From positions 2,816,136 to 2,880,135 of the forward strand of contig JBJBDC010000001.1 in NCBI GenBank assembly GCA_047285535.1: 64,000 bases of DNA, written 5' to 3'. The position numbers were made by a program, and so were the translations under genes. Within the stretch, counting starts at the first letter, position 1. Each line of letters opens with the position of its first letter. The notes beneath the pieces are model-generated. The model worked only from the letters and a program-made list of their open reading frames with translations, was not told the DNA's origin and made no database searches. This DNA comes from Synechococcus sp. GTDB taxonomy: Bacteria; Cyanobacteriota; Cyanobacteriia; PCC-6307; Cyanobiaceae. Of this stretch, positions 44,102 to 54,836 are shown in pieces.

Positions 44102-44389
44102 TCAGGATTCCCCGCTTTCGTTTGGGGTGGGCATAGCTCTCAGCATGGCCACCATCGTCCGGTGGGCATCTTCACTGTCTGTGAGTGTGTGGTCGAAAGG
44201 GATTCTCAGCGGTTTGCCGTCCACCTCAAGGTTCATGGCATCAGCTTTGACTGCTGTCATCGTGGCCCTATTGGCGTCAGTGACTCCGCCGTAATGGTGG
44301 GCGTACTGAAGCACTGCATCGGCATGGTCTTCATTCATGTGTCGACAGATGCGTTCACTCACTGCTGGGGTAAGAGGATCGGCGCTCAT
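44102..44389 (-). CDS. DUF2470 (heme-utilisation-associated) protein
   Basis: RICRHMNEDHADA; ATG 44389. Confidence 0.85.
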   Translation of the reverse strand: MSADPLTPAVSERICRHMNEDHADAVLQYAHHYGGVTDANRATMTAVKADAMNLEVDGKPLRIPFDHTLTDSEDAHRTMVAMLRAMPTPNESGES

Positions 44390-44423
44390 GGTTGAAGAGG
44401 TTGACGTTAAGGATGGATGTGTT

Positions 44424-44537
44424 CTAGCTGAAGTGTTGCCAGAGCAGGATGGCGAGACGAATCCCGCTGAATCCCACATATCCGGCAAGGACGATGAACA
44501 GGCCAATGGCAAGGCCGTCGCGAAGTCGGTTGGGCAA
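44424..44537 (-). CDS. small membrane protein (37 aa), below ORF-track cut-off
   Basis: TTG start: MPNRLRDGLAIGLFIVLAGYVGFSGIRLAILLWQHFS; fills the gap in a co-directional run. Confidence 0.6.
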   Translation of the reverse strand: MPNRLRDGLAIGLFIVLAGYVGFSGIRLAILLWQHFS

Positions 44538-44555
44538 GGAATCGGGGATGCTGAT

Positions 44556-45827
44556 TTAATTCTCCCTTAGATGAATCCTCTTGTCTGGTGCCCTTAAAGC
44601 GGTCAGGGCAAGGCGCGCCACTCCCGCGGCTGGAGGGGTGTTGCAGCTCCGGATCGGAACCACAAGATGGCGCTCACGCAGGCGACGCCATTGTGGATTC
44701 CGTGCTCCACCTCCAAGAGTCACGATCTTCTTGGGGGGATCAGCTCCGAGGCTGATCAGTCGTTTCCATCCAGCCCCTTCGATTTGTGTCAACCCTTCCA
44801 AGAGGCCATGCAGATAGAGGGCATCGCTGACAGGGCGGGGAGTGAGTATCGGTTCAAGTTTGGGGTCATCGATTGGAAAGCGTTCGCCGCGTCTTGGAAG
44901 AGGCAGCAGTTTCAAGCCGCTGTTCTGATCTGGATTGATCTGCCGGCTGAGTTCGGCCAGGTCGATGTCAGGAAAAATTTGTTTCAGCACAGCCGCACCG
45001 GCATTGGATGCTCCGCCGCATAACCATCGACCTCCTACCCGGTGGGTGGAGGTCCCGGGACTAGGAGCGATGGGCTGCGGCACGAAACGTTTGAGAACCA
45101 TGGTGCTTCCAAGTACTGCGATGCCTTCGTCGTCTTCAGCATCAGCGGTGAGGACTGCTGCGTTGGCATCGGTGGTCCCTGCTACCACCAAGAGATCCTT
45201 CGGTAGGCCTAGATCTCTCGAGCGTTGAGGTGAAAGGGTCCCAAGCACGGATCCACTGGCGCGAATCTTTGGCAGTGCATTCCACCATGATTGGTTGACA
45301 AAGCTATCTGGCCAGGCCCCTTGGCTCAAATCCCAACCGAGACGCAGGTTGTTTCCCTCTTCCCCATAGCTCCAATCTTCCATAAGCCACCCGCTGATCC
45401 AGTCGGCTTGATGGCGAAGCAGGAGTGGCTCTCTGTGTTGATCGAGTAAATGGAGGGCCCGTCCAAGGCTTCCACTGGCGCTTGATGCCGGTCCACCCCC
45501 TGGACACAAGGCTTGGAGCTGACCAACAGAATTTGGGCATGCGAACGAATAGGGCAACGCCTCGGAAAGGGGCACGCCCTTTCGATCGCATGCCAGCAAT
45601 GTGCCTGAGGTGCCATCTACTGAGATAGCTCTAAGGCGATCTCGATAATCGGGCTGAAGGCGACTGATCAATGTGTAACATCGATCGCGCCAGTCAAAGG
45701 GATCGCTCAGACCGAGCTGGTACGCCTCCGTTTCTGTTTGAAGCAGAGTACAGGTGCTATCGATAACAGCAATGCGGACACCGCTGGTGCCTAGGTCAAT
45801 GCCGAGCACCAGCGGATCTTGGCTCAT
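44556..45827 (-). CDS. FGGY-family carbohydrate kinase
   Basis: GIDLGTSG, DGTSGT, GTTD, LGGGARN. Confidence 0.92.
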   Translation of the reverse strand: MSQDPLVLGIDLGTSGVRIAVIDSTCTLLQTETEAYQLGLSDPFDWRDRCYTLISRLQPDYRDRLRAISVDGTSGTLLACDRKGVPLSEALPYSFACPNSVGQLQALCPGGGPASSASGSLGRALHLLDQHREPLLLRHQADWISGWLMEDWSYGEEGNNLRLGWDLSQGAWPDSFVNQSWWNALPKIRASGSVLGTLSPQRSRDLGLPKDLLVVAGTTDANAAVLTADAEDDEGIAVLGSTMVLKRFVPQPIAPSPGTSTHRVGGRWLCGGASNAGAAVLKQIFPDIDLAELSRQINPDQNSGLKLLPLPRRGERFPIDDPKLEPILTPRPVSDALYLHGLLEGLTQIEGAGWKRLISLGADPPKKIVTLGGGARNPQWRRLRERHLVVPIRSCNTPPAAGVARLALTALRAPDKRIHLREN

Positions 45828-45839
45828 GAACTTGGGCCT

Positions 45840-47099
45840 CTAGAGGCTCTTTCCGGATTGGATGCGGTTTGCTTCCGCTTGCTTCAGGGCGGCAGCCTTG
45901 TCGGCAACGTCTTCCCAGGGCAAGTTCAGATCTGGCCGGCCAAAGTGGCCATAGGCGGCCGTATCACGGTAGAAGCGTCCACTGTTGAGAGAAGGCATTT
46001 CCCGCAGCTTGAACTGCTCGATGATGGCGCCAGGACGTAGGTCAAAGTGCTCTTGCACCAAGTCGGTGAGTTCCGCATTGGAAACCTTGCCTGTGCCGAA
46101 AGATTCCACAAGAATCGATACCGGTTTGGCGACTCCGATTGCATAGCTCAGTTGAACTTCTGCGCGATTCGCAAGACCTGAGGCTACGAGTGCTTTCGCT
46201 ACGTATCGTGCTGCATAGGCAGCGGACCGGTCCACCTTGGTGGGGTCTTTGCCTGAGAAGGCACCACCACCGTGACGGGCATAGCCGCCGTAGGTGTCGA
46301 CAATGATTTTTCGACCGGTTAGACCGGCATCACCCTGAGGACCACCGACCACGAATTTGCCCGTGGGGTTGACCAGATAGCGGCAATTGGCGCGATCGGG
46401 CTTTAGAGGTAGGTCTGCTGTCGCTGGAAGCACAACATGAGTCCAGAGATCTTCGCTGATGCGATTGCGCACCTCCGGCTCGTCGGTTAATCCAGTTACC
46501 TCGGCGGTGTGTTGGGTTGAGATCAGGATGGTGTCGATCTCAACTGGCTTGTCGTTTTCATAGACAACGCTTACCTGGGTTTTGCCATCAGGGAGTAGGT
46601 AATCGAGTGTTTCGTTATGGCGGACTTCGGCCAGGCGTCTAGCAAGCCTATGGGCAAGGCTGATGGGCAGAGGCATCAGCTCAGGCGTTTCATTGCAGGC
46701 GTAGCCAAACATGATCCCCTGATCACCGGCCCCGACCTTGTCGAGGGGATCACCTGCGTGATCATCGGCTTCATCAACGCCCTGGGCTATATCAGGTGAT
46801 TGCTGATCAAGGGCGATGAGTACGGCACAGCTCGTGGCGTCAAAGCCACCGGCCCGAGCGCCGCTGTAACCGATATCCCGAATCACATCGCGCACGAGAT
46901 GAATGAAATCCACCTGGGCTGTCGAAGTGACTTCACCTGTGATCATGCAGAGGCCGGTATTCACAACCGTTTCGCAGGCCACCCGACTCGTGATGTCTTG
47001 AGCTAGAAGAGCATCCAGTACGGCATCACTGACTTGATCACAGATCTTGTCGGGATGGCCTTCCGTCACAGATTCGGAAGTGAAAACGTATCGACTCAT
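45840..47099 (-). CDS. metK: S-adenosylmethionine synthetase
   Basis: [28 protein letters not shown]. Confidence 0.98.
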   Translation of the reverse strand: MSRYVFTSESVTEGHPDKICDQVSDAVLDALLAQDITSRVACETVVNTGLCMITGEVTSTAQVDFIHLVRDVIRDIGYSGARAGGFDATSCAVLIALDQQSPDIAQGVDEADDHAGDPLDKVGAGDQGIMFGYACNETPELMPLPISLAHRLARRLAEVRHNETLDYLLPDGKTQVSVVYENDKPVEIDTILISTQHTAEVTGLTDEPEVRNRISEDLWTHVVLPATADLPLKPDRANCRYLVNPTGKFVVGGPQGDAGLTGRKIIVDTYGGYARHGGGAFSGKDPTKVDRSAAYAARYVAKALVASGLANRAEVQLSYAIGVAKPVSILVESFGTGKVSNAELTDLVQEHFDLRPGAIIEQFKLREMPSLNSGRFYRDTAAYGHFGRPDLNLPWEDVADKAAALKQAEANRIQSGKSL

Positions 47100-47136
47100 A
47101 AGTGGTACTGGTGTGGAGGGATTTTACGGGTCCCCT

Positions 47137-47928
47137 TTACGGAGCTTGTTCAATCGTCAGCTCTTGCCAGTGATGGATCAGATATTGATGGGCTGTCAGG
47201 TTGGGGGTTCGATGCCATCCCGCCACGTACCCAAGCGAACAACCAATGCCTGCACGGCGTGCCATCAGCAGGTCTGAGTCGGCATCACCAACGAGTGCAC
47301 ATAGTGCTGGATCCAAATGAAGCTTGTTGCATAAACCATGCACAGCGCCTGGATCGGGTTTGCTTGGGGTGTCATCAGCGCTCCAGATTCCTGTGATGAA
47401 TTGGCTTAAGCCATGGTCTTGAAGAAACTGTTCGATTCCATCATTGGTGTCATTGCTGATGACAGCACAGATCACCCCTGCGCTGTGCAGCTCGTTGAGC
47501 AACTCCTTTGAGTAGGGCAGAGGTGTTCTGGCGCTAAGACTTGTCTCCTTTGAGCGTTGCTTGTGGAGGCGATCCACACTGTCAAAGATCTCTTCCGCCA
47601 GCACGAGTGCTTGAGGCCAGCTGAGATCAAACAAACAGAAAATGGTCGCTATACTTAATAAATTGTGTTGACGCGAAGCGACGGCCAACAGTCCATCGGG
47701 AATCAATCCGGAGTCGCATCGGCCCATCGCGCGCATGAGCAAGGACTGAAGTCGAGCTTGGATCTTGGTGGATGCGCCTTGGGATGCAAAGACACGAATG
47801 GACTCCTGAACCCTTGAGTCCGCCAGCTCAATTAAATGAGGTTCGCTATGGGAAAGGGTGCCGTCCTTGTCGAACAACACCCCATGAATCGAGCCAAGTG
47901 AATGGCCTCTCAGAGATAAATGAGCCAT
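47137..47928 (-). CDS. HAD-family hydrolase
   Basis: FDKDGTL, ISND, KPDP, VGDADSD. Confidence 0.9.
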   Translation of the reverse strand: MAHLSLRGHSLGSIHGVLFDKDGTLSHSEPHLIELADSRVQESIRVFASQGASTKIQARLQSLLMRAMGRCDSGLIPDGLLAVASRQHNLLSIATIFCLFDLSWPQALVLAEEIFDSVDRLHKQRSKETSLSARTPLPYSKELLNELHSAGVICAVISNDTNDGIEQFLQDHGLSQFITGIWSADDTPSKPDPGAVHGLCNKLHLDPALCALVGDADSDLLMARRAGIGCSLGYVAGWHRTPNLTAHQYLIHHWQELTIEQAP

Positions 47929-47941
47929 GGGCTCATGCCGC

Positions 47942-49042
47942 TCAGACCATCATCGAACTCAAAGGCTCTTCTCCTTCTTCCGCTTGCTCAAGAAGCATCT
48001 GCTTATAGCGAGCCGCCATTTCCTCTGCTTTGTCAAAGACTTTTTGAGGATCAGTGAGCATGTCACCGGGTTCTGGCTCCAGAGCCTTGGTAGAAAGGGA
48101 GATGCGGCCACGTTCGGCGTCGAGGTCGATGATCATCACCTTCATTTGATCATTCACGTTCAGCACTGAATGGGGTGTTTCGATGTGCTCGTGACTGATT
48201 TCGGAAATGTGCAGCAAACCGCTGACGCCACCGATGTCGATAAACGCGCCGTAGGGCTTGATGCCACGAACGGTTCCGATCACCACTTCGCCTACCTCAA
48301 GGCGATTCATCTTGCGTTCGACCAGGGCGCGGCGATGACTGAGAACAAGTCGGTTTCGTTCTTCGTCCACCTCCAGGAATTTGAGAGGCAAAAAGTCTGC
48401 AACCAGCTCTTCTTTCGGTTTTCGCGTACTGATATGGGATCCAGGGATGAAGCCGCGAAGGCCTTCCACCCTGACGAGAGCACCACCACGGTTGGTGGCG
48501 AAGACTTCTGAATAAATGGTGGCGTCTTCTTTTTGCAGCTGACGCACCCGTTCCCAGGCGCGTTGGTACTCGATACGTCGAACCGAGAGGGACAGTTGCC
48601 CGTCTTCGTTTTCTTCACTCATGATGAAGAATTCCCGTATCTCTCCGGGTTGCAATACGTCGCTGAGACCTTCAACCCTGTTGATGGAGACCTCTTGAAG
48701 GGGCATAAAAGCGGCGGTTTTGGCGCCGATATCGATCATCGCCCCCTTGGTCTCCAACGCGAAAACTGTGCCGTTGACAATGTCACCTGGCTTGAAGTTG
48801 TAGTCGTATTTGCTAAGCAGTGAGGCGAAATCATCAATCGTGAAGCCGGCCCCATCCAACTCCTGAGGGTTGGCACGACTGCTGGGATCATCAGCAGTAG
48901 GAATGTCTTCAGGAATGCTGAGATCTTCGTCCGTTCCGAAATCGGCTTGGTCTGCTGTGGCCTCGACGGCTTTGCTCTCCTCGACGGTTGTGGTGGAGTC
49001 CACAGCAAGATCCTGAGTCGGATCGGTTGGGGTGACAGTCAT
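47942..49042 (-). CDS. rpsA: 30S ribosomal protein S1
   Basis: Three S1 domains (YGAFIDIGG, GLLHISEIS); ATG 49042. Confidence 0.95.
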   Translation of the reverse strand: MTVTPTDPTQDLAVDSTTTVEESKAVEATADQADFGTDEDLSIPEDIPTADDPSSRANPQELDGAGFTIDDFASLLSKYDYNFKPGDIVNGTVFALETKGAMIDIGAKTAAFMPLQEVSINRVEGLSDVLQPGEIREFFIMSEENEDGQLSLSVRRIEYQRAWERVRQLQKEDATIYSEVFATNRGGALVRVEGLRGFIPGSHISTRKPKEELVADFLPLKFLEVDEERNRLVLSHRRALVERKMNRLEVGEVVIGTVRGIKPYGAFIDIGGVSGLLHISEISHEHIETPHSVLNVNDQMKVMIIDLDAERGRISLSTKALEPEPGDMLTDPQKVFDKAEEMAARYKQMLLEQAEEGEEPLSSMMV

Positions 49043-49144
49043 GGATGGGTGGCGGTCTGCCCGAAGACAGTGCGATAAAAATTGATCCAAAGCCCGCCGA
49101 CAAAGGATCAGTATTTTTTAATTTTACAGAACAGCCTTGCTAAT

Positions 49145-49621
49145 TCAGACGAGTGCAGTGAGATGAGCTTTGTCTGCATTCATCCCTTCGAGGGTGGAGA
49201 CAAAATCGCTGACGCTTTGAAATTGCCGATAGACGGAAGCGAAACGCACATAAGCCACTTCGCTGGCCTCTTTGAGATGCTCAAGTACAAGCTCGCCAAT
49301 CTCTGAACTACTGATCTCACGGCTGTTGCGTTGCTGAAGATTTAGTTCAAGCTCATCAACGATGGATTCGAGGTTGTTGGGGGTTAGGTCTGTTTTTTCG
49401 CAGGCTCTTCTCAAACCATGAAGAAGCTTGTTTCGATTGAAAATTTCACGATGACCATTCCGTTTAAGAACAGTCACTGGAGCCATTTCTACACGTTCAT
49501 AGGTGGTGAATCGAAATTCGCAATTCAGGCATTCACGACGCCGACGGACACTTTTGCCTCCCTCGGCTGCTCTCGATTCGAGAACCCGGCTATCCGTGTT
49601 TTGGCAAGAGGGGCACTGCAT
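49145..49621 (-). CDS. nrdR: transcriptional repressor NrdR
   Basis: [25 protein letters not shown]. Confidence 0.96.
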   Translation of the reverse strand: MQCPSCQNTDSRVLESRAAEGGKSVRRRRECLNCEFRFTTYERVEMAPVTVLKRNGHREIFNRNKLLHGLRRACEKTDLTPNNLESIVDELELNLQQRNSREISSSEIGELVLEHLKEASEVAYVRFASVYRQFQSVSDFVSTLEGMNADKAHLTALV

Positions 49622-49712
49622 GCCCTAATGAATGCAATTTGATTCTTCATATTGTATAGAACAGTGGAGCATTGAAAAGTGTTTGTGAAGTATGCCTCTG
49701 GTTTGAACAATT

Positions 49713-49739
49713 AAAAAAACCCCGCTTGATGCGGGGTTT
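49713..49739 (-). terminator. terminator of psbBT
   Basis: AAACCCCGC-TTGAT-GCGGGGTTT with A7. Confidence 0.85.
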
Positions 49740-49754
49740 GATCTGCTGGAAACA

Positions 49755-49850
49755 CTACTTACCGATCTTCGGTGGATCGCGAAATGCGATGGCGAAGAAC
49801 AGGGTGGCAATCGCCAGGCCGAGGATGAGGATGTAAGCGAAACTTTCCAT
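49755..49850 (-). CDS. psbT: photosystem II protein T
   Basis: [31 protein letters not shown] (manual translation). Confidence 0.95.
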   Translation of the reverse strand: MESFAYILILGLAIATLFFAIAFRDPPKIGK

Positions 49851-49871
49851 CGAGAGTCTCCTAGAGAGCGA

Positions 49872-51434
49872 TCAACTGAGTGGTGTGGATCCCGCGGGAG
49901 GAACATATCCCTTGGGAAGGCGACGGGTAGACCGGTCGCCGAGTTTTTGGAAAAGGCCAAATTCAACCTGTTCGCCTAGGTCAGGATCGATGCCTGCAAA
50001 CACATCTCTGTAGAGGGTGCGAGCACCGTGCCAAATGTGTCCGAAGAAAAAGAGCAGAGCGAAGGTTGCATGGCCAAACGTGAACCAGCCGCGTGGTGAA
50101 CTGCGGAATGTTCCGTCTGAGTTGTAGGTCTCGCGGTCGAACTCGAAACCTTCACCCAGTTGAGCCTTGCGTGCCAAACGCTTCACTTCGGCGGGATCAG
50201 TAAAAACCTTGCCGTCTAAAGAACCGCCGTAAACAGTTGCAGTGACTCCCATCTGTTCAAAGGAATACTTGGCCTCGGCACGGCGGAATGGAATGTCGGC
50301 TCGAACGATTCCCTCATTATCTTCGAGAACAACTGGAAAATTCTCAAAGAAGTTTGGAAGGCGACGAACCTGAAGCTCACGTCCTTCTTTGTCAGTAAAG
50401 ACGGGATGACCAATCCATCCTGTGGCCAGTCCATCACCATTCACCATTGGACCAACTCTGAACAGGCCACCTTTGGCTGGGCTATTGCCTACGTAGTCAT
50501 AGAACGCAAGCTTCTCCGGAATGGAAGCATAGGCATCTTCTAGAGAGCTTCCTTCGTCAAGGGCCGTTTGGACACGGCGATTGATTTCTGTTTTGAAGTA
50601 GCTCTGATCCCACTGATATCGGGTGGGACCGAATAACTCAACAGGGGTTGCAGCAGCGCCATACCACATGGTGCCTGCCACGACAAATGCGGCAAAGAAA
50701 ACAGCGGCAATTGCGCTTGCGAGAACAGTTTCGATGTTGCCCATGCGCAGGGCCTTGTAGAGCCGCTCAGGTGGCCGTGTTGTGATGTGAAAAATACCGG
50801 CGATGATGCCCACGATGCCTGCGGCAATGTGGTGCGCCACGATTCCTCCAGGATTAAAGGGGTTAAATCCTTCAGGCCCCCAAGAGGGTTGGACAGGTTC
50901 TAAGTGGCCTGTCAAAGAGTATGGATCGGAAATCCACATTCCAGGCCCGAAGACTCCCGTGAGGTGAAAGGCTCCGAATCCGAAACAACCCAACCCAGCG
51001 AGGAGGAGGTGAATGCCAAAAATTTTCGGGAGGTCAAGAGCAGGTTCGCCCGTGCGAGGGTCCTGCCATATTTCTAGATCCCAATAAGTCCAGTGCCAAA
51101 TCGCTGCGAGCATCAATAAGCCGCTGAAAACGATATGGGCGGCTGCGACACCTTCGAAGCTCCAGAAGCCAGGATCAACTCCTGTTTCTCCTGTAATGCT
51201 CCAGCCTCCCCAGCTGCCGGTGACACCTAGTCGTGACATGAAAGGCATGACAAACATGCCCTGACGCCACATCGGATTTAGAACTGGGTCCGATGGATCA
51301 AAAATAGCGAGTTCATAAAGAGCCATCGAGCCGGCCCAGCCGGCTACGAGAGCAGTGTGCATGAGGTGCACGGCCAGAAGTCGGCCTGGGTCGTTGATGA
51401 CGACGGTGTGCACCCGATACCAGGGCAATCCCAT
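49872..51434 (-). CDS. psbB: photosystem II CP47
   Basis: [19 protein letters not shown]. Confidence 0.99.
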   Translation of the reverse strand: MGLPWYRVHTVVINDPGRLLAVHLMHTALVAGWAGSMALYELAIFDPSDPVLNPMWRQGMFVMPFMSRLGVTGSWGGWSITGETGVDPGFWSFEGVAAAHIVFSGLLMLAAIWHWTYWDLEIWQDPRTGEPALDLPKIFGIHLLLAGLGCFGFGAFHLTGVFGPGMWISDPYSLTGHLEPVQPSWGPEGFNPFNPGGIVAHHIAAGIVGIIAGIFHITTRPPERLYKALRMGNIETVLASAIAAVFFAAFVVAGTMWYGAAATPVELFGPTRYQWDQSYFKTEINRRVQTALDEGSSLEDAYASIPEKLAFYDYVGNSPAKGGLFRVGPMVNGDGLATGWIGHPVFTDKEGRELQVRRLPNFFENFPVVLEDNEGIVRADIPFRRAEAKYSFEQMGVTATVYGGSLDGKVFTDPAEVKRLARKAQLGEGFEFDRETYNSDGTFRSSPRGWFTFGHATFALLFFFGHIWHGARTLYRDVFAGIDPDLGEQVEFGLFQKLGDRSTRRLPKGYVPPAGSTPLS

Positions 51435-51676
51435 GGGTCAGGTTCAGGTGGTACGGAGCTGCTGATACAGACAGACGAGGCGATCGTAAGGCTTTTGATC
51501 AATCGATTGGGCCGTGTTGTCGCGAGCTGCAATGTGTTGTGTTTAAGTCTCGTGTTCCGTTTTCCCTGCCGCCCTGTCAGTGCTTCCGTCCTCTGATTGA
51601 TGCATTCTTGTTTGGTCAATGGGGTTACAAAACGCAACCTTTGGGCGCAAAGTAGGGGCTTGTTGTTGGGGGCTCT

Positions 51677-52144
51677 ATGCCAGTCATTCGTTTTCTCCGG
51701 GAAGGACGTGATGTGGAGTGCTACCCAGGTGAAAATCTTCGCGACGTTGCTCTAAGAGAAAACATTCAGTTATATGGACTGAAGGGACAGCTCGGCAATT
51801 GTGGTGGATGTGGTCAATGCATCACGTGCTTTGTTGATGTGATTGACTCTGGTGCCGATGCCTCATTGACGGCTCGAACAGCAGTTGAAGACAACAAACT
51901 CAGACGACGTCCTGAGTCCTGGAGATTGGCTTGTCAATCGTTAGTTGAAAAGTCTGTAATCATCCTGACCCGGCCCCAAGTTCGCTTCCCTGAACTTGAT
52001 AAAACCAAGGCAGCCGCTCTGTCAGCACCCCTTCCAGCCGGGCCAACTGCTTGGCCCGTCGAGGAGTTCATTGAGGATAAAGATGAAGGGGATGAACAAG
52101 ATTCTGAGATGGATTCCCCTGCTACGCCCGATGACGAGGGGTGA
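51677..52144 (+). CDS. 2Fe-2S ferredoxin-like protein
   Basis: CGGCGQCITC...RLACQ, acidic tail. Confidence 0.9.
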   Translation: MPVIRFLREGRDVECYPGENLRDVALRENIQLYGLKGQLGNCGGCGQCITCFVDVIDSGADASLTARTAVEDNKLRRRPESWRLACQSLVEKSVIILTRPQVRFPELDKTKAAALSAPLPAGPTAWPVEEFIEDKDEGDEQDSEMDSPATPDDEG

Positions 52145-52204
52145 GCTGAAGTCCACCCTGGCTCCCGAACGATGATACGTTCGCCTGTGCACCATTAATC
52201 ACCT

Positions 52205-52315
52205 ATGGAAACCAACGATCTCGGCTTTGTTGCCAGCCTCATGTTCGTCCTGGTTCCGACGGTGTTTCTTATCGTCTTGTTCATCCAGACCAATAGCCGG
52301 GAGGGTTCATCCTGA
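52205..52315 (+). CDS. psbM: photosystem II protein M
   Basis: METNDLGFVASLMFVLVPTVFLIVLFIQT (manual translation). Confidence 0.95.
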   Translation: METNDLGFVASLMFVLVPTVFLIVLFIQTNSREGSS

Positions 52316-52322
52316 TCGGCTG

Positions 52323-53192
52323 TTATCCGAGTACTGATCCGGTTTGATTTTTTTCTGGCTCGCGGACCAGGAGAACAGGTGCAGGCGCATGCACTCGGAT
52401 GTAATCGCTGATTGACCCCCCTAGGAGCTTGTCGAGATCGACGAGTCCCCTGGCAACAAGTGGGCGTCTGTCCTGTGATGCGATCACCACGAGGTCGGCT
52501 TTGATTTCTTCTGCTGCTTGACAGACTCCTCTGCCGATGTCGGGAGTAGTCAAATGCATTGGCTTGAGGTCAACGCCAAGGCTTCGAGCACGCTGGACAG
52601 CAGCATCTAGTAGGCCATCAACTTTGCTTTCACCCCCACGAGATGCCGATAGATCTTGTCTGGCAATGTGAACTCCCGTGAGCTGCCCGCCAGGAATATC
52701 TCGCACCATTTCGCAGGCAATTCGTAGTGCGTCATCGCCGACCCCCGTTCCGTCGATGGTCACCAGCAGTCGATTGACATGACGCACGTAAAGGTCGTCG
52801 CGAACCAAGAGCATGGGACGCGTCGATAGCTGAAAAACGTATTGGCTGGTGCTGTTTGCCAAGATCGACTGCAATCGACCTAGCCCCCTAGACCCCATCA
52901 CGATCAGATCAGCATTGATTTCTTCGGCCACTTTGAGAACGGTTTGTTTGGTATCCCCCTGTCGAATGATCGAATTCACTTCACTCGGGTCAAGACCTAA
53001 TTGACCAACTGCCTTGGCAAGCAGGCTTCCTGCTGTAGTCCAATGATCTTCTGCGTTGAACTTTCCTTGTTCTGAGACGACATGAAGCAGATTGATGCGC
53101 GCAGATCTGAACCCTGGAAGGTCGCGCAGCATCCGTACCATTTCTTCGACATGACCTTTGCCGGAATCAGCAATCAGAAGATTCTTGAACAC
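52323..53192 (-). CDS. tandem universal stress protein
   Basis: ADLIVMGSRGLG, GGSISDY...PVLLVR; two USP domains. Confidence 0.9.
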   Translation of the reverse strand: MFKNLLIADSGKGHVEEMVRMLRDLPGFRSARINLLHVVSEQGKFNAEDHWTTAGSLLAKAVGQLGLDPSEVNSIIRQGDTKQTVLKVAEEINADLIVMGSRGLGRLQSILANSTSQYVFQLSTRPMLLVRDDLYVRHVNRLLVTIDGTGVGDDALRIACEMVRDIPGGQLTGVHIARQDLSASRGGESKVDGLLDAAVQRARSLGVDLKPMHLTTPDIGRGVCQAAEEIKADLVVIASQDRRPLVARGLVDLDKLLGGSISDYIRVHAPAPVLLVREPEKNQTGSVLG

Positions 53193-53244
53193 GATGAACG
53201 ATTAGGTCTGCTTCAGCCTATGGCTAACGCTCAGTGTCGAGCTG

Positions 53245-53697
53245 ATGGTGATTGAGAGCGTTACGCGCCGTCCGTGGCGGTTGCACAAGCGAGTGCTTCC
53301 TCAGCACACTGATCATGGCGGTGTGATGTGGCATGGCGCTTATGTTGGCTGGCTAGAAGAAGCCCGCGTTGAAGCGCTCGCAAGCGTTGGCCTTCCCTAC
53401 CGGCAAATGGAGCACGAACGGTTGGAAATGCCCGTGGTTCGCTTGGAGATGTCCTACAAGCAACCGCTATCCCATGGCGAGCAGGTTGTGCTTGAGAGCT
53501 ATGCACTTGCGCGAGATGGGGCCCGCTGGCCCTGGCAGACGCGAGTCTTGCGAGCTGATGGTGACTGTGTCTTCGAGGCGCTTGTGGAATTGGTTTTGGT
53601 CCGCCTAGAGGCTGGTCGGCGCCAAGTCTTGCGCCGGCCTCCGCAATCAGTTCTAACTGCGCTTGAGCTCTTGACCTACGGGCCAAACGAAGGCTAA
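53245..53697 (+). CDS. acyl-CoA thioesterase (YbgC/4HBT family)
   Basis: HTDHGGVMWHGAYVGWLEEAR. Confidence 0.88.
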   Translation: MVIESVTRRPWRLHKRVLPQHTDHGGVMWHGAYVGWLEEARVEALASVGLPYRQMEHERLEMPVVRLEMSYKQPLSHGEQVVLESYALARDGARWPWQTRVLRADGDCVFEALVELVLVRLEAGRRQVLRRPPQSVLTALELLTYGPNEG

Positions 53698-53703
53698 AAG
53701 TAT

Positions 53704-53718
53704 TAGTACATCTGTTCT
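53704..53718 (+). promoter_or_regulatory. cyanobacterial LexA (SOS) box
   Basis: TAGTAC-ATCT-GTTCT matches RGTAC-N4-GTWC, 12 nt before dprA. Confidence 0.7.
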
Positions 53719-53730
53719 TGCGATGAACTT

Positions 53731-54828
53731 TTGGACGAGCGGGGCTGGTGGTGGTTGTGGATCTCGTGTCCTGGGATTGGTATATCCAGGATTAGGGCGC
53801 TCAAAGCTCTGGCTCAAGCGAATCAAGTAACCCTGGCCGATCTGTGGTCATGGCCTCTCCCGCATTTGAAATTGGCGTTGGGTTGGCCTGATTCCGTGTT
53901 GGCACGATTGGAGTCTTATCGACATGGCGCAGGGCCTTCTCCCTCCCTTTTGGTGCCAGACAATGCTCTTCTTCCAATGGATCTGGAGTGGCCGAAGTCC
54001 TTGGATGCTTTGGAACGACCGCCGCTGGCTTTGCATTGGTCGGGTCAGAAGATGTGTCTGCCTCTCTTGTCGGCTCGGAAGGCGATAGCGGTGGTCGGGA
54101 CTCGTAGTCCTTCAGATCATGGATGTCGAATGGCCTATGAGATAGGTCAGTGCCTGGCCAGAGCGGGCTGGCCGGTGGTAAGTGGTCTTGCCGAAGGAAT
54201 TGATGCGGCCTCGCATCATGGATGTCTCGATGCAGGTGGGATCCCTGTTGGTGTGTTGGGTACGCCTTTGGAGCGCGTTTATCCGCCAGAGCATGAGGCT
54301 CTGCAGTCGCAAGTTGAGGCGGCTGGTCTTTTGGTCACGGAATGGCCTCGAGGCGCTCGGGTTCAGAGATCTAGCTTTGCGTTGCGGAATCGTCTCCTGG
54401 TCAGTGTGTCTTCTGCCTTGGTTGTCGTTGAGTGCCCTGAGGTCAGTGGCGCACTGCTTTCGGCTCGGATTGCCGAGACTCAAAACTGCCCTGTTTGGGT
54501 GGTTCCAGGCGATGCATTGCGTTGGTCCAGTAAGGGCAGCAACGGCTTGTTGCAGCAGGGCTCAACACCGTTGCTGGCGCCGGAATTGTTGAGTGCTGCC
54601 CTTGGACCAGGTCCGTTTGCGGCTACGAAACCGATGCGATCTGCTTCCGCGTCGTCGGCAGAGGAATTGGATCGCCCGCTTTTACGTCTCATTGATGAAG
54701 GTTTGACGCTTGATCAGTTATCTGCAGCCTTGAGGTGTAGTTCAACTCAGTTGGCTCAGGATTTGTTGCAACTCGAGCTTGATGGTGTCATTGAGCCCAA
54801 GCCTGGTCTGAGTTGGCGTTCTGTCTAA
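53731..54828 (+). CDS. dprA: DNA processing protein DprA/Smf
   Basis: IAVVGTR, VSGLAEGID, FALRNRL, SGAL. Confidence 0.92.
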   Translation: MDERGWWWLWISCPGIGISRIRALKALAQANQVTLADLWSWPLPHLKLALGWPDSVLARLESYRHGAGPSPSLLVPDNALLPMDLEWPKSLDALERPPLALHWSGQKMCLPLLSARKAIAVVGTRSPSDHGCRMAYEIGQCLARAGWPVVSGLAEGIDAASHHGCLDAGGIPVGVLGTPLERVYPPEHEALQSQVEAAGLLVTEWPRGARVQRSSFALRNRLLVSVSSALVVVECPEVSGALLSARIAETQNCPVWVVPGDALRWSSKGSNGLLQQGSTPLLAPELLSAALGPGPFAATKPMRSASASSAEELDRPLLRLIDEGLTLDQLSAALRCSSTQLAQDLLQLELDGVIEPKPGLSWRSV

Positions 54829-54836
54829 TCTGAGTC

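Noticed and set aside
49625..49966. 113-aa ORF downstream of psbB
   Set aside because: Out-of-frame shadow covering psbT and its terminator.
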